Positions 11,855-25,230 of a stretch of DNA of 64,000 nucleotides are shown piece after piece. The position numbers and the translations under genes were made by a program. How positions within the stretch are numbered: position 1 is the first letter of the stretch; each line of letters starts with the position of its first letter. The notes beneath the pieces are model-generated. The model was given only the letters and a program-made list of their open reading frames with translations. It did no database searches and had not been told where the DNA came from. Source of the DNA: Octopus vulgaris (lineage: Eukaryota); contig OX597814.1 in NCBI GenBank assembly GCA_951406725.2, positions 125,922,001 to 125,986,000 on the forward strand. The letters are read 5' to 3'.

Positions 11855-12050
11855 ACCAATAAATGAGCTTCTATGTAGGCACTCAGCTTATTAGAAATAG
11901 TGAACAAAATCTTTTCAAATCATACTCCACCATCTTAAAAAAGAATAAAGTAATTTGTTGTATATACCTCCCACTTCTTAGCTCAAGGTGAAATGTCTTT
12001 GATCATAGGTTTACTGGAATCACATTAACCTGAGTTTTAACAATAACAAC
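11855..12050 (+). mobile_element. Third dispersed SINE-like family (C), degenerate
   Basis: TAGAAATAG...AAATC...CCATCTTAAAAAAG...TTTGATCATAGG motif; related copies near 12300-12490(-), 15445-15620(-), 29580-29770(-) and 55200-55400(+). Confidence 0.5.
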
Positions 12051-12592
12051 ATCAGCATGGTTTTATAAAAGTACATTGGAATCAGTTGATTTATTAGTTG
12101 TATAACCCTTCTCTTAGTGGAACTGTTTGGCTAAGCAAATCAGGTTGTTTTCAGTGTTGTCTTCTAACAGATGTAGCTGCTAACAATTGCTTCTGCTGAA
12201 AGAATATATAGACATAAACATTAAATTATTTAATGTAGATGACAAACTTCATCAAAGCTGCACTAATTCATGTGGATTTGATAATTAAAGCCTTTTTGTT
12301 GTTGTTATTCAAACTAAGGTCAGTCTTGATCAGTTAGACTGTGTTCATCCTATCTTGATCAGTTAGACTATGTCCATCCTATCTTTTTTTTGTAAAGTAA
12401 CATTTCTAGTATTAATTTATCAGATTTATCCTTCCTTTTTAAAAACGATATAATTTGAGGGAGATTTGGTAGTTATTTCTAACTGATCATTGCTGGGTTT
12501 TCCAAAATGATAAGAAATGGAAAATTATTATTTTTAAATCTCACAAGAGATATTCAGCAACAGTACTTTGGAGTAAAGGGTTTTTGCCAACA

Positions 12593-12786
12593 TAACATGG
12601 CAGTCCTGGTTTAGGACGAATGTTGCTGTAATTTAGCCCCAGGAAACATCGTCTCCAGCTGGCTATACGACACGATCTATGTTCGAAAATATAAGAACAC
12701 AGATTGTGTCGTATAGCAAGCTGGAGATGATGACTCCTGGGGCTAAATCACAGCAACATTCATCCTAAACCAGGACTGCCATTTTA
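12593..12786. mobile_element. Palindromic fold-back / MITE-like element
   Basis: ~88-bp arms (12597-12684 vs 12695-12782) with about 8 mismatches, a 10-nt loop and TA at both outer ends. Confidence 0.75.
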
Positions 12787-13076
12787 CTGATAAGAAATGG
12801 TTGAGTAATTCTGATAGAGAATTTTGGATTTATTGTTAAGTCTATCACAGTAAATGTACTTTCTGATTATAAACATTTCATTTATGACTTTCCAACATGG
12901 ACAATTATATCTTTTTGTAGATCTAAGACAACATTCTAATGTGTCTTTTCCTTTAGAATCTCTTGCAGAGCCCAGTCTATTGCATGCATTTAGGCCAGAT
13001 TTCTGGCTTGAGGATAACTCCTTCCTTTTTACTTACCATTGTCAGAAGTCTGTGTGTCTTTGTGCATATATGTATA

Positions 13077-14255
13077 CTAGCTTGTGTACCTGGTAATTCC
13101 CGGGGGTAAAGATGTTCTATTGAAATGCCTTATTACTCTGATATAAGAAAGCAATTTTGTTATAACTGCCACAAAAGGTGTATAAAAACTGTCAGCTGGA
13201 GGAGGGAGAGATTGTTGGAGGTTGGTGAGAGAGGTTTTTGGAGGTTGGCAAGAGAGGTCATCAGAAGTTGTCTAGAGAGGTTGTGGCATTTTAAAGGTGA
13301 ACTTTATGAAGGTTAATTTCTTGAAGGTGATATGTGAGTGTAGTATATATGTATAGAAATATATGTATGAAGTGTTAGAAGTAAGTACAATAATAACGTT
13401 CATACTCACTGATGGCTGCTCTCAGTAACTGCCTTTAGCTTACGGAGTTCTTGTTTTTATAACTATCGAAAAGCAGCCAGAAAGATAGACATATTGTTGA
13501 GAACAAATGATTTCGTTGGGGGTCTGTTATCTCCATTCCAGCCCCTGGTGTCCTAGAAGAGGTTAGAAGGGCCAAGTGGCAAAGACATTATTCTGCTTAG
13601 TGGAGGCATCTGGGAAATGAATAACTGCTGTCATTCGTAGAAAAACTATTGTTTTATTGTGAGAAAAGTGCTGTTGAAGTGTTAAGTGAAATTTGGCAAT
13701 CGAGGATCAAATCCATGCTATACCTGTATGAAACCACTACAAATATGTTGTGGAATAAAAAAAATTATCTAATGGAGAAAGTGTAACTAAAAATGCAGAA
13801 TTATCAGAGTAATGGGCATTCAAATAAGTATGTATGTATGTATGTATAGAAAAGTATGAATGAAGAGATTCAAATTAAGGAAGCACAATAATAATGTTTA
13901 GCAGTTCAAAACTGTGAGTAGTGATATGCAGAATTAGGTTGGCTGATTGTTGGTTCAAAGTAATTGAACATAAACAATGAAATGGGTTATTTTCCTTGAG
14001 TGCTTAAAAAAATAGTGTTGGTGGTATGAGTTATTTCCCTTATGTGTTTAAAAAAAAAAGTTACATATGGTATATATAAAGGTCCCTTCCAGGAGCCATA
14101 TTATCAATTTTTTCAACAATCTACGTATATCATGAAGTTTCCAGACATGAGTTCTACTCATGTGTCAAGTTTCATCAAAATAAATCAAACTATGTAGGAG
14201 GAGTTACATAACAATGCCACAAACAAACACACACCAATTTTCCACATATTTTCTT
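13077..14255 (-). mobile_element. Old non-autonomous Helitron-like element
   Basis: Minus-strand 3' end CCCGG-GAATTA-CCAGG...CTAG|T at 13077-13104. The far end has the GTCAAGTTTCATCAAAAT...CACAAACAAACACAC motif typical of Helitron-derived repeats. 5' boundary uncertain. Confidence 0.45.
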
Positions 14256-16283
14256 CTAGTTTCAGCTCACGAGCTGTGGCCATGCTGGGGCAATCTATAT
14301 ATGTGTGTGTTTGTGGGTGTGTGGGTCAGTCTGTGTAAATATTTACAACCTACACTCATCTATAGCTATAGACAATGGCATCATTTGTGGCTGAGCTGCA
14401 GCCAGTGATGTTTGTTGACATTTCCTGTCAGAAAATAACTCTACACTTGCAAATTCCTCTGGAAGAAATTGTTCTTTACTTGAAAAACAAGTTATGGTTG
14501 ATGACAGGAAGAGCATGCAGCCTGTCTTACCTCACTTATTTATCTTCTAGGTAAATATCTTACCTCAATTATTTAGCTTCTAGGCCATGCTAGCATGGAG
14601 AAGCGATCATTAAGTGAAGCAAGCGAGCACACACATATGTATATTCTTTGTACTTTAAGAAAGATTTTAACTAATAATATTTTGGTAGCTTTTGATTAAA
14701 CATCTCTATTCCTCTAGCACTCTCTCACAGATGTATATATATATTTTTTCATATTGAATAATGAATAACTGAATAGCTACCTTTGTTGGATAATTGTATC
14801 TTGAAGATACTTATATAAATATTTTATTTAAATATAATTCAAATGACATATTCTATATTGTTCTAATATTGTAATAAATTTAAGATCTTTCTTAAAATAT
14901 CTGTTAATGTATTTGTGTATTCCCATATAATTTTATATCTTCATTTGCTCAGTGTCTAATCAACTTAGTTAAGAAATACTACATTCTGTCTTCTATTGTT
15001 AGACCAACATAACACAACATTTTAACCATATGAATACTATGTAGAATAATATGTTATATAAGGGAAGAAGACCTATACTCTATGTAGAACAATGTTATAT
15101 AAAGGAAGAAGACCCATACCCTCCTGAGGACCTTTTAAACTGAAAGACAGAGATAACTGATTAATGTTAATGTGGTTAATATTCTGTTTAAACACTTAGT
15201 TTAGCGGTTATAATTGAAACACAGTCAGGTGAGTGAGAAAATCCTTGTGATTACTGTTCTGAAGAAATAGTCTGGACTGTATTTGGAAGGTTAGTTGGAT
15301 AGCTGAATTAGATGAAGAGAAACAATATCATTTAGTAGCTGAACATAGATTATAGTAATAGCAATAAGAATAATGGAGGTAGAATGAACATTTCAACAGT
15401 GGAACCGCGATTACAAAGTGTTTATGTATAAAGATTATCTTTGCTCCTGTTTAGCCTCAAATTAGTTCTGATCCAGCAGACCTATACTCATAAGTGCTCT
15501 AGCCATGGCTACCTTGAGGTTCTTTCAGAGATCGTATATCTAGGATCATATCTGAAGTAAATTTAAGTGGTATTTCTGGCCATATTGATCAACTGTGTAG
15601 TGGCTTCCTTGCTGGCTTAAATACATAAAAGTTTAGTTATTTGGGGGGGGGGGGGGTAGTCTTAATCTATTTAGGATCTGGGGTAGAATAATATTACTTG
15701 AGGAAGAGCAGTGCCTATGACTTTTTCTAGGACCTTCAAAACTTATACAAGGATGAGAGAAAGTTATTCTTAGATTGAAGATCTGGCCTGAATTTTTGTG
15801 ACAGACTCTATCAAAAGGCACTGAAGAACCAGACAGGGATGTCAAACTAAAAACTAGTACAACCTGATTTCATGCAATTTCCATCTACCCTATCTCATTC
15901 ATAGGGTTTATATTGAGACTAAAGCTGAAGACACATGTTAAAAGTGCTGCTCAGTGGGATCAAATCTAGAATGATAGGTTTGTGTAGCAAACTTTTTAAC
16001 TACAATGGTCATGCCTGCACCTATGGTTTTTATGTTTGTTTCTCATTCTCTTCACTTCTTAGCTGTATACTACCATAGGGAAAGCCTCCACATTTGCTGC
16101 TCACCCAAATTACAGCAAACTATATATGCCAATTGAGATAATACCTCAGGTTGCTTTAAATCAACAAAGCTACTATCTCTGACAATATCTTTCCATTGCA
16201 TTCAAAAGGTAGTCCCTATCCTCATCAAATTTTTTAATCTCTCTCTCTTTCTGTCTCTCTCTCTTTCTGTCTCTCTCTCTCTT

Positions 16284-16326
<43 letters not shown>

Positions 16327-16399
16327 TGGGCTTTGAAATTTATGAGTAGAAGTTGGCCTTTAGAATTAGTAGAACTTGGCAGAGAAGTTTTGTATTCCA

Positions 16400-19300
16400 T
16401 TCAGAATATGATTCCAAGGGATATTTACTAACTAGAGGGGAAATAAAAAGTGATCTCTACATGCCCTCAGTTAATCAAGGTCATTAGATTATGAAGGGAA
16501 ACTGATGAAGTTGGGGCCCCCAACTACAAGGAAAAAGCAATAAACCTCTCAGTAAGTAAGATAGCTGATGATTATTGTAACCGAAACTATAACTGAAGGT
16601 CACTGTCTGATAACACTGCTATGGAAACTAAAAACTTGGTACACAAGAACACTCTATCAATCTCATACAGGAAATAGGAAAATTTTAATTTGACATGAAA
16701 ATATCTGAAACTAGATGGACAGGTGATAAAATTTTAAAAGAAAATAACACAATATTTTCTGATGGAAAATAAAATTAAAAAAGAAGTGGGGATCATAATA
16801 AAAACATGAACTCACTTATTGATTACTGGATAATTTCTGACAGTGTTAAAATGATGAAACTGTGGAAAGAATCTTCCAGTATCAATATATCGATATATGC
16901 TTCTACACAAAAACAAAGTGATAAATGGATAAACTAATTCTATCAAATTCTACCAGACTTATATTAAAAAAATATACACCATGGCTGTGTGGTTGAAAGC
17001 CCACATTGCAACTACATGGTTTGAGGTTCAGTTTCACTGTGCAGCATCCTAGGAAAGTGCCTTCTACTATAGCCCCAGGCTAACTAAAGTCTTGTGAGTG
17101 AATTCAGTTGATTGAAACTATCTGGCTGTCCATCATATATAAATATATATGTGTGTGTTCTTGTGTCTTTGTTTTTGTCCTCCACCACTGCTTGACAACA
17201 AATGGCAGTTTGTTTACATTTCCATAACTTAGCAGTTTGGCAAAAGAAACTTTAACAATCAGTGTCAGACTAAAAAAGAAGTACTGGGGTTAATTTGTTC
17301 AGCTAAACCCTTTGGGCAGTGTTCTGGCATGGTTACAGTTCAATGAGACTAAAACAAGTAGAAGTAAACCATTATTATAAAGAAAGATTTTAATGCAAAA
17401 CTCGGCAGAGAAAACCAACTATATTATAGGTCAATATGAGTTAGATGGAAGAAATGAAAGCAGTAACCAACTGTTCTATTTGTTAAAAAAACAACTTAGT
17501 AGTTACCAATATACTATTTCAGCAACCACCAATAAAATTATATACATGGAAGAGTCCAGGTGACAAAACAGGAAATCACATAGACTGCATACTGATAAAC
17601 CAACAGTTTAGAAACCGAGAGAAACTTGTAAAAACACAGATTGGAGTAGATATCAATTCAGATTTAATCCAGTGGTAATTAAACTACAAATCAAACTTTC
17701 AAGAAAATGACTTAAAGATAGAAACAGTTAAATACAAACAGAAATATGATGTTTAAATAACAAACAAGTATGAATATTTGCACAATGACTAAGAAATACC
17801 AGAACTATATGATAAAGAATGAATAGAAGAAAATGGAACACGATTAAAACTTACATTCAAAACACTGTCTGAAAGGGAAAAGAAGAATAAGAAATGGAAA
17901 AACTGATGAAACAATCAAAACCAGAAAAAAAGAAAGAAATATAAGATCAAGAGAAGATATTACACTCTAAATAGATATTTGTTCTGAATATAGAAAAGCA
18001 AAAACTAAATGGCTGGATGATCAATGCTAAGAAGTTGAAAAACTTAATAACCTGCATAAATCCAAAGAATGAGTGATAAAATAAATGAGATCACAAACAA
18101 CAAGTGCATGAGTAAACAAAGTGGTAATATTAAAAATGAAAATAGAAACATACTGTTTGATCAACAGTAGATCTCGTCTAGATGGATTGAATATATAAAA
18201 GAACTTGTATGATGGTAAGAACAGACTGCTTATGCCCAATTTTGAAGCTACTAATGAAAACAAAATCTTAAAAGAAGAATTAGAAAAAGCAATAAAGTTA
18301 GTGGAAGATGGAAGGGCAACTGGGACAGATAAAATACTAGCAGAAGCATTAAAAGCATTAGACAACCACAACATAGATGTTATAACAGATGTAGGTAATA
18401 TGATGTATAAAAATGAATATATGAAATAAAATTAACTATCTTTGTTCCATTACTAAAGGAACCAAAAGACTCATGATTACATAGAGTTTAGAACCATAGA
18501 CCTAATGAGCCATAAGACTAAACTACTACTAAAAAATCATCCATCAAAGAATAGCATTAAGAATAAATGAAGATATAAATCTGCAGCAAAGTACTTTTAA
18601 CAAGGATTAGGAACTTGTAACTGAATATTTAATCTATAAACCATATGTGAAAGTGCTCTAGACATAAATCAAACATTTACATATGCTTTATACTGTATGC
18701 CAAAGTATTTGGCAATAGCGGTCATGACTGAATAGAGAAAAAGATCAAAATTTAAAATTAAGGAAGGAGTTAAAAACAAAGGCTTTGTATTGTGCTTTAG
18801 TTTATTTAACTTATACGAGTACACTGAGAACATCTTCAGAGAAGTAGAAAAACATGCAAGTAAATATGACTATCAACCACTTTAAATATGCAGAAAGTAT
18901 TCCCTTATTAAATTTCAACAGAAATATTATCTGCTGAATTTTATGACCACAGTAAATGACAAAAGACTTATCCTATAGAATGGAAATAAATGTTCCAAAA
19001 ACATAATCAGCAAGAAACAAAAGTCACCCAAAATAAATAACATAACTGAGAGGGAGCCAATTGAACAGGCATCAAAGTAATATACCTGGGATATACGGAA
19101 TTAGAGAACAACAAATGTGAAGCAGAAATTAAATGATGGATTAAGATAATCAGAAAGCCATGAAAAAAAAATCAAGCATATTAACATAGAGAAATATGGC
19201 TATTGAAATCAGTAAATATTTATTAAAATGGTATTGGACATGATAACTATAACAGCAGTTGTGTTGAATATGAAATTATTGCCAAGAAAAGTAGCTGTAG

Positions 19301-19570
19301 TTTACTTTGTTATATAGAGCTGAAACATGGACATAAACAAGAGTATTATCAAAGAGATTAGAAGCAACTGAGATGTATGTATATAGAAGACTTTGAGAAA
19401 GTCACAGAATACAAAACCGATGATGGCAAAATCTTAGAAAATTTTATTAGCTATGATCAAAGACAGAAAACTAAAAGATTTTGTATAATTAGAAATAAAA
19501 ATGGTTTACAAAAGCTGTTTAGTATAAGAAAAATACTTGAGAAAGGATGAGTAAAACCAAGAATTGTGTG
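16400..19570 (+). mobile_element. Near full-length decayed RTE-clade LINE (APE endonuclease + RT pseudogene)
   Basis: Ordered motif relics: SETRWTG (~16705), DFNAKLG (~17386), YTWKSPGDKTGNHIDCILI (~17541), GRATGTDKILAEALKAL (18310), FRTIDLMSH (18487), GV..GFVL..LFNLY (~18766), INHFKYAE for YADD (~18872), YRAETWT (~19312). Many stops and frameshifts. Confidence 0.9.
16981..17368 (+). mobile_element. SINE family A inserted in the RTE endonuclease region
   Basis: ATGGCTGTGTGG head through AAACAAGTAGAAGTAAA tail interrupts the endonuclease motifs. Confidence 0.8.
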
Positions 19571-21834
19571 AATAGTTTTGTTGTATCTTAGAAAGATGAT
19601 TTTGCCAATAATAAACACACACTTGTTCAATTTCACTTCTTTGTTTTATTTGTCAATTAGTTGAGAGTTGTATTAATATTTTCCTTTACTAATATTCTTC
19701 TGCTGAATCTCAGACAAATCTAAGTAGCCTGAAAAAACAATTGGGTAAAATAATAATTACAGTGCAAAATTATTAGGGGGGCACTATCCATAATAAAAGC
19801 AGTAGTTAAATTAATATTGATGTATTTAATGCAGAAAGCATTAAAACTCTAATTAGAAGCAATTATGTTTTAAGAAAATGTCTAATATTATTTTGATTAT
19901 TCTAGCCACTACTGGAGACAACTTCAGATATTTTTCAGTCTATTCAAATCATCTAGACTTCACCTGACTTTCCTACATAATAGTGAGATAATCATTAAGC
20001 TGATGTGTGATATTGTACGGAAACAGGTGTGAAAAATTAGCGTAATTTGAAAATATTCGAATTTATCATCAGTATCAGTATCGTTTATATGTTTCAACTA
20101 TCATCAGTATCATGTAAAACTAACAATCAATTAAAATCTCATTGAATAATGTGATGGATGGTGAGGATTGAATACTGATATTGTTTTCTGAAATCAACAG
20201 TCTTCATTCTCAGTTCAGCTCTTATCAAAGAACACTCATTTACACAAAAGAAACCTTTTATTGTAAAATAATTGTCTTTACATTTAAGTTAATGTCTATT
20301 TAGCCTCCAATTACTAAATTTTTTTTTTTATGTAGTGAAAAGAACAATACTATTATCAGTTTTCTCATGATAAAATGAGATTATTTTTTTAAAGTTTATT
20401 GTATAACTTTATATTTCAATGTTGTTAGTTCTGTGAACATTACACTACAACTTGTTAGAATAATTTCTAACAAGGCTATCTTCCCTCAAACTATTGCTAA
20501 GACTAAATGAACATCCAGTATGGTATGAAATCTATTTTTAAATGAAAGGAAGCCATCATTAAATCTTTTAGTTGAATGTTGATGATAGTTGATGCCTTTT
20601 GTTTAAGATATGTGTTGTTTTTCTTTCAGGTAAATTCAGTAATAAGATCTGTAATCTCAGGTAATTTAGATAATGTAGTGATAACTGTTTGGTAGATTAA
20701 ATTGACAGTTGTTTGCTCACAACCATTAACACTGAGCTGAGTTTATAATTGATAAAGCTTATAAGGATAAAGTTTGTTTTAGGCATGATGCCAGTTGAGA
20801 AGTTTTGTATTAGATGCAGACATGTTGGTAACTATAACAACGATTGTGTCGTGAGTAGGAATTATCGCCAAGAAAACTAATGTTAATTGTTCATTGATCT
20901 TGGAAGAGTGTACCTACAAACTGATCAGATGTTAGGCTTGTTGTCCTAAATATACATTTCAACTAATAACTCTTGCTTTAACTGATTGTAGGTTTCATAT
21001 TTCTGCAAACTGAACTCTGGCCAGGAGCTGCTTTGACCATCATAAACTAACTCAATTACCATCACTATAATATTTATTATACAATATCTTCACTTCCCTC
21101 CAAAAACAGACATATACACTTAAAGACTCTAATTAGTTTCAATTCAGATGTTTACTTGTAGAAATATCTACATTTAATTTTGTTTTTTCAGAAATAAAAT
21201 TGACTTCTAGATTATTAGTCTGTAATTGTCCACAAAAGAAAAATCTATATACTGAACATTTCATATATATTGGAATCTATCAGCAAAGAAACAAATGCTT
21301 TTATTTATTTCTATATTATGCAGCTGTTAATTCTATATGTGACATTAGTGACCTTTCCTGAAAACTCATTATCATTGAAATTGCTAAAAATGTTTTGAAA
21401 AAAAAAAACATGATTTCCTGCTTAGAGCAAATCTTGAGCAACATTTCAACATTGTGCAAACATAAAACACTGTAGACATTTTAAAGTAATTTTCATTTTG
21501 ATTAGCAAATCAATTTTCATAGTTCACTAAATATATATTTAGAATTTTTGAAATTTTCTAAAGGGGAGGAGTATTTCCTCTTGATGTTTGTAGGCCCTCC
21601 CCAGTCTGGTGTGATTGAAGGACTCTTTGTGAAGATTTGTTTTTATCTTCTCTTGTATTGTTACTATATCTGTTCTCTCTCTCTCTCTCCTCACTCTCTC
21701 GTCTCTCTCTCAGGATAAGTAATTGTTGCTATTATTCAAATTAAATAAGTACCAGTTCAGCACTGGAGTTGATGTAGTAAACCTTATCCGTCTAAAATTA
21801 CTGGCCCTGCATCAAAAACAGAATTGTAGAAGTT

Positions 21835-22065
21835 AATAAAGCAGGGAGCTTGCAGAGTTGTTAATGTTGCAAAAACAAAATATGTTTTGTGGTATTTCTT
21901 TCAACCTTTTATGTTCTGATTTCAAATTCACCTGAGGTCTATTTTTGCCTTCCATCCCTCCACATTCAATAGAATAAAGTACTAGACAAGTATTGGGATC
22001 AATGGCATCGACCAATCCCCTCCTCTCAAAACTGCTGGCCTTGAGCCTAAATTAGAAACATTATA
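21835..22065 (+). mobile_element. SINE family B
   Basis: GAGCTTGCAGA...TTCAAATTC...TTTGCCTTCCATCC...ACTGCTGGCCTTGAGCCTAAATTAGAAAC. Confidence 0.7.
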
Positions 22066-22684
22066 ATACAAATTAATTATGATTGTCCTTTCCTGTAATT
22101 ATTCCTTAAACAACCTGCTCAATTTTCTAGGAAATTTTTTCCCCACAGGACACCAAACTACCCTCAATCTATCCACAAGAGTCTACTAGTAGACATGTTC
22201 AATGGATATAATTATTAGTGGAAAGCTTCAAAATGAAGTATTTTTCTCCAATAATTTTTGATACTTCATGTGACACAATGAATATGAACGATTAAATATA
22301 GTTACTTTTAGCTGTTAATTTGTTTCTCTACAGAATTATTCTTATCTTGATACATTTTTTTTTTCTTTTCTGATGGAAACCTTAAATTTTAAGAATCTTG
22401 CAGTTGTACACTTAACCAATAATTTTAACATTTTTTTTTTTTCAAAAATCAAATGGTAAATCAGATTCAAATCTTAGCCCTTAAGCTGCAGAAGTTTCAG
22501 ATATTTTCTATTATAATCAATACAAGTGTTAACTGCTATATTTTTTTTATAGAACACATTTAAAAGTTTCATAATTTTATTTATTTAATTTTTCAACCAA
22601 AAGGGTTTTTTTTTCTTCTGTGAATTGTATATTGCAAGGGAATAATAATGGTAATGATAATAATAATAATGTCATATCCACACA

Positions 22685-22729
<45 letters not shown>

Positions 22730-22825
22730 AATATATCTTTCTATGTATGCATATATCTATCTGTCTGTATATAATATATATGTATATATATGTTTGTATT
22801 TAGAGAGAGAGAGAGAGAGGTCTAA

Positions 22826-22856
<31 letters not shown>

Positions 22857-25029
22857 TACACACATATATGTATGTATATCATCAACTTATAAGGTTAGAA
22901 GAAACAATTACAGCACACATATCATATTACAGAGATATTTACATACATATGCATGCACACACACACACACACACACATACACACACTCACATGCACTCTC
23001 TTGCACAAATGTAAACATGCATGCAATGAAGCTATTTCAGGCATTTGAATTTATATGTATATAGGTTTTTACTTTCATAAATTGACTCTAATGTTAACAT
23101 TTCATGCCCTTACTGGCTTAGTGTTATACCATATTTTCCTTCAAGCTTTGCAGGCTGGAAATGAAAGATTTCCAACCAAAATATACCATACCAGTAGTGA
23201 ATTTATTATTTACTGTCTATATGAACTCTTTTTTCTAGTTTTTTCCACAAACTAGTACATTCTTTCAAAGAAAAAGAGAGTCTGATATTAGCCAACCCAA
23301 CATGTGAGTCATAATTTAGACTGTTCCACAGTCACAGAAGGATTTTTATTATATCCCTGCTTAATTTAGCATACTCTAGTTTAGCTGAAGTCAATGTGAG
23401 GTTGATTAAGGCATTTCCCGTCTCTCCACCTGGACTTAGATCTTTGACAAATTTCCTTCTGGTTCCTTTTTCATATTTGTTGTCAGCAGAGCTGATAATA
23501 TTTCTAAAATCTAAGTGAAAAAATAGCTAATACCATAAAACTGAAACAATCTTTTAATGCAAAGTTCTATCCCTAGGAATTTATAAAATTAATGACAATA
23601 TTTTTCTTAGCATAGAAGGATCCCTGCTCAAGTACTTATTTACTTGCCATTTACTCCTCATCCAAAATAGTCTCTCTACACTTTATCTACAGAGATTCAC
23701 AATACAATCCTTTCTATCATGACAGGAGTCATGATAGAATATTCTGCCCAATTGTACTAACACTATTACAATCTTTCATTGAAAATGCATTTCTATGTAT
23801 TAAAACCCGACCAAATTCATGCTGCAAATCAAAACTGTTTCAAAAACCATTTACTAGAGTGTGTTCAGTGGAAACAAAGAATGCTATAAATCAATCCCAA
23901 CCTAGAAATAATCTTGTCTGTTGAGACTTTGTAATAACTTTTTACTGTAATTTACATATGTCACATAGAATTTATTCCAGCTAGAATATTTCTGAAACTT
24001 TTCAGATTTTAAAGCTATTAATATTCATTTTGTTGAAGATATTTATTTATGAAGGAAGTTATAGTAATGTTAGCATGTCTATTTATAGGATTTTCAGCAC
24101 TTATAATGTACTGTTCTGTATTTTTCTGTTTTTGTCGATCTTTTGATTGTCACTCCATGGATCTGCTAATAAAACGACTTACTGGTAAATAGCTGATCTC
24201 CTAAAACAACTATATGTGAACAACTTTGAGAGAAAAACAGAAGAATAAAATAGTTTCTGTATTAAATTTCGTGCCACCATATCTTGAAAGACTTGGAATG
24301 TTCTATCTCAAGTTTTCTGATAAAGTAAACAATAACGAATATATATATAATGTACATGTATGTATATATTGTAAAAGTAAAGTAATAAATGTATCAATAC
24401 ATTTGTAAGTGTTCTGTCTCCTGCAGTTATCTTTGATCAGTAGCTTGACTACACAGGAGAAACATATAATGCTGCTGACCAATTTATTGCAAAGATGAGA
24501 AAAATTCAGTTAAGCATTCAGTCCATTTATCACGTCTTTGTAAATAGAGAAAAGCTATGTCAACTGGCTTTCTTGTTTAAATTATCAATTAGTAAAGAAA
24601 TTGTATTATATAGGAAGAATATTGCTAACATTAAAATGTAATTGGTGGTGGTAGTGTAACTTAACTGTATGGAGATTATTGAGATGATAGATATTACTAC
24701 TTGCTACTTATTACACAACATAGTTGTCTTATCAGCTTTCTTTTCATTTATTCTGACAACTATCAGCATTGATCTTTAGAAAGAAATTCTAGCTGAGTAT
24801 ATGAAATCTGTGTACCAATACTATTATTATTTACCAATGTTGTTATTTAGAAATGGTATTAAGTATTAATAGTATTATTGGGTACAGAAATTGCTGCATG
24901 GTTAAAAGCTTGCTTTGCAAAATTGTAGTTTTTGTAGTCAATCCCATTGTGTGGAAATTTGAAAAAGTGTCCTCTGACATAGCTTTGGTGGCAATCAAAT
25001 ATACCCAAGTTAGTAGTTTTTGTAGATGA

Positions 25030-25230
25030 TGACTACCCAGACTAGTGGGGTAGATATCCAGACAATCCCCACCCAGGCTAGTGGGATGAATATCTAGTCA
25101 ATACTTACAAAAGCTATTGGGATAGATATCTAGTTTATCTTACCCAGCCTAGTGGGGGAATAGTTATTTAGTTAATCCTTAGACATGCTAGAGGGGTACT
25201 TGTTTAATCAAACTCTATCCAAGCTGAGGA
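25030..25230. repeat. Degenerate ~35-bp minisatellite, 5-6 units
   Basis: CCCAG(A/G/C)CTAGTGGG...ATATCTAGT units. Confidence 0.7.

Noticed and set aside
12640-12745. Type II hammerhead reading of the palindrome (GAAAC-ATC-GTC ... ATGATGA)
   Set aside because: The core reads GATGATGA rather than CTGATGA, and the resemblance follows trivially from arm complementarity.
15815-15866. CTGAAGA...GACA-GGGA-TGTC...AAAAC-TAG-TA hammerhead-like string
   Set aside because: Stem I and the base of stem II do not pair, and G12 is absent.
18205-18429. 74-aa ORF as a host gene exon
   Set aside because: It is a surviving frame of the decayed RTE reverse transcriptase.
23712-23739. Perfect 12-bp hairpin TTCTATCATGAC-AGGA-GTCATGATAGAA
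   Set aside because: Too short for a pre-miRNA and no supporting context.
25030-25230. CRISPR-like array
   Set aside because: Units are contiguous diverged tandem repeats without unique spacers; eukaryotic context and no cas genes.
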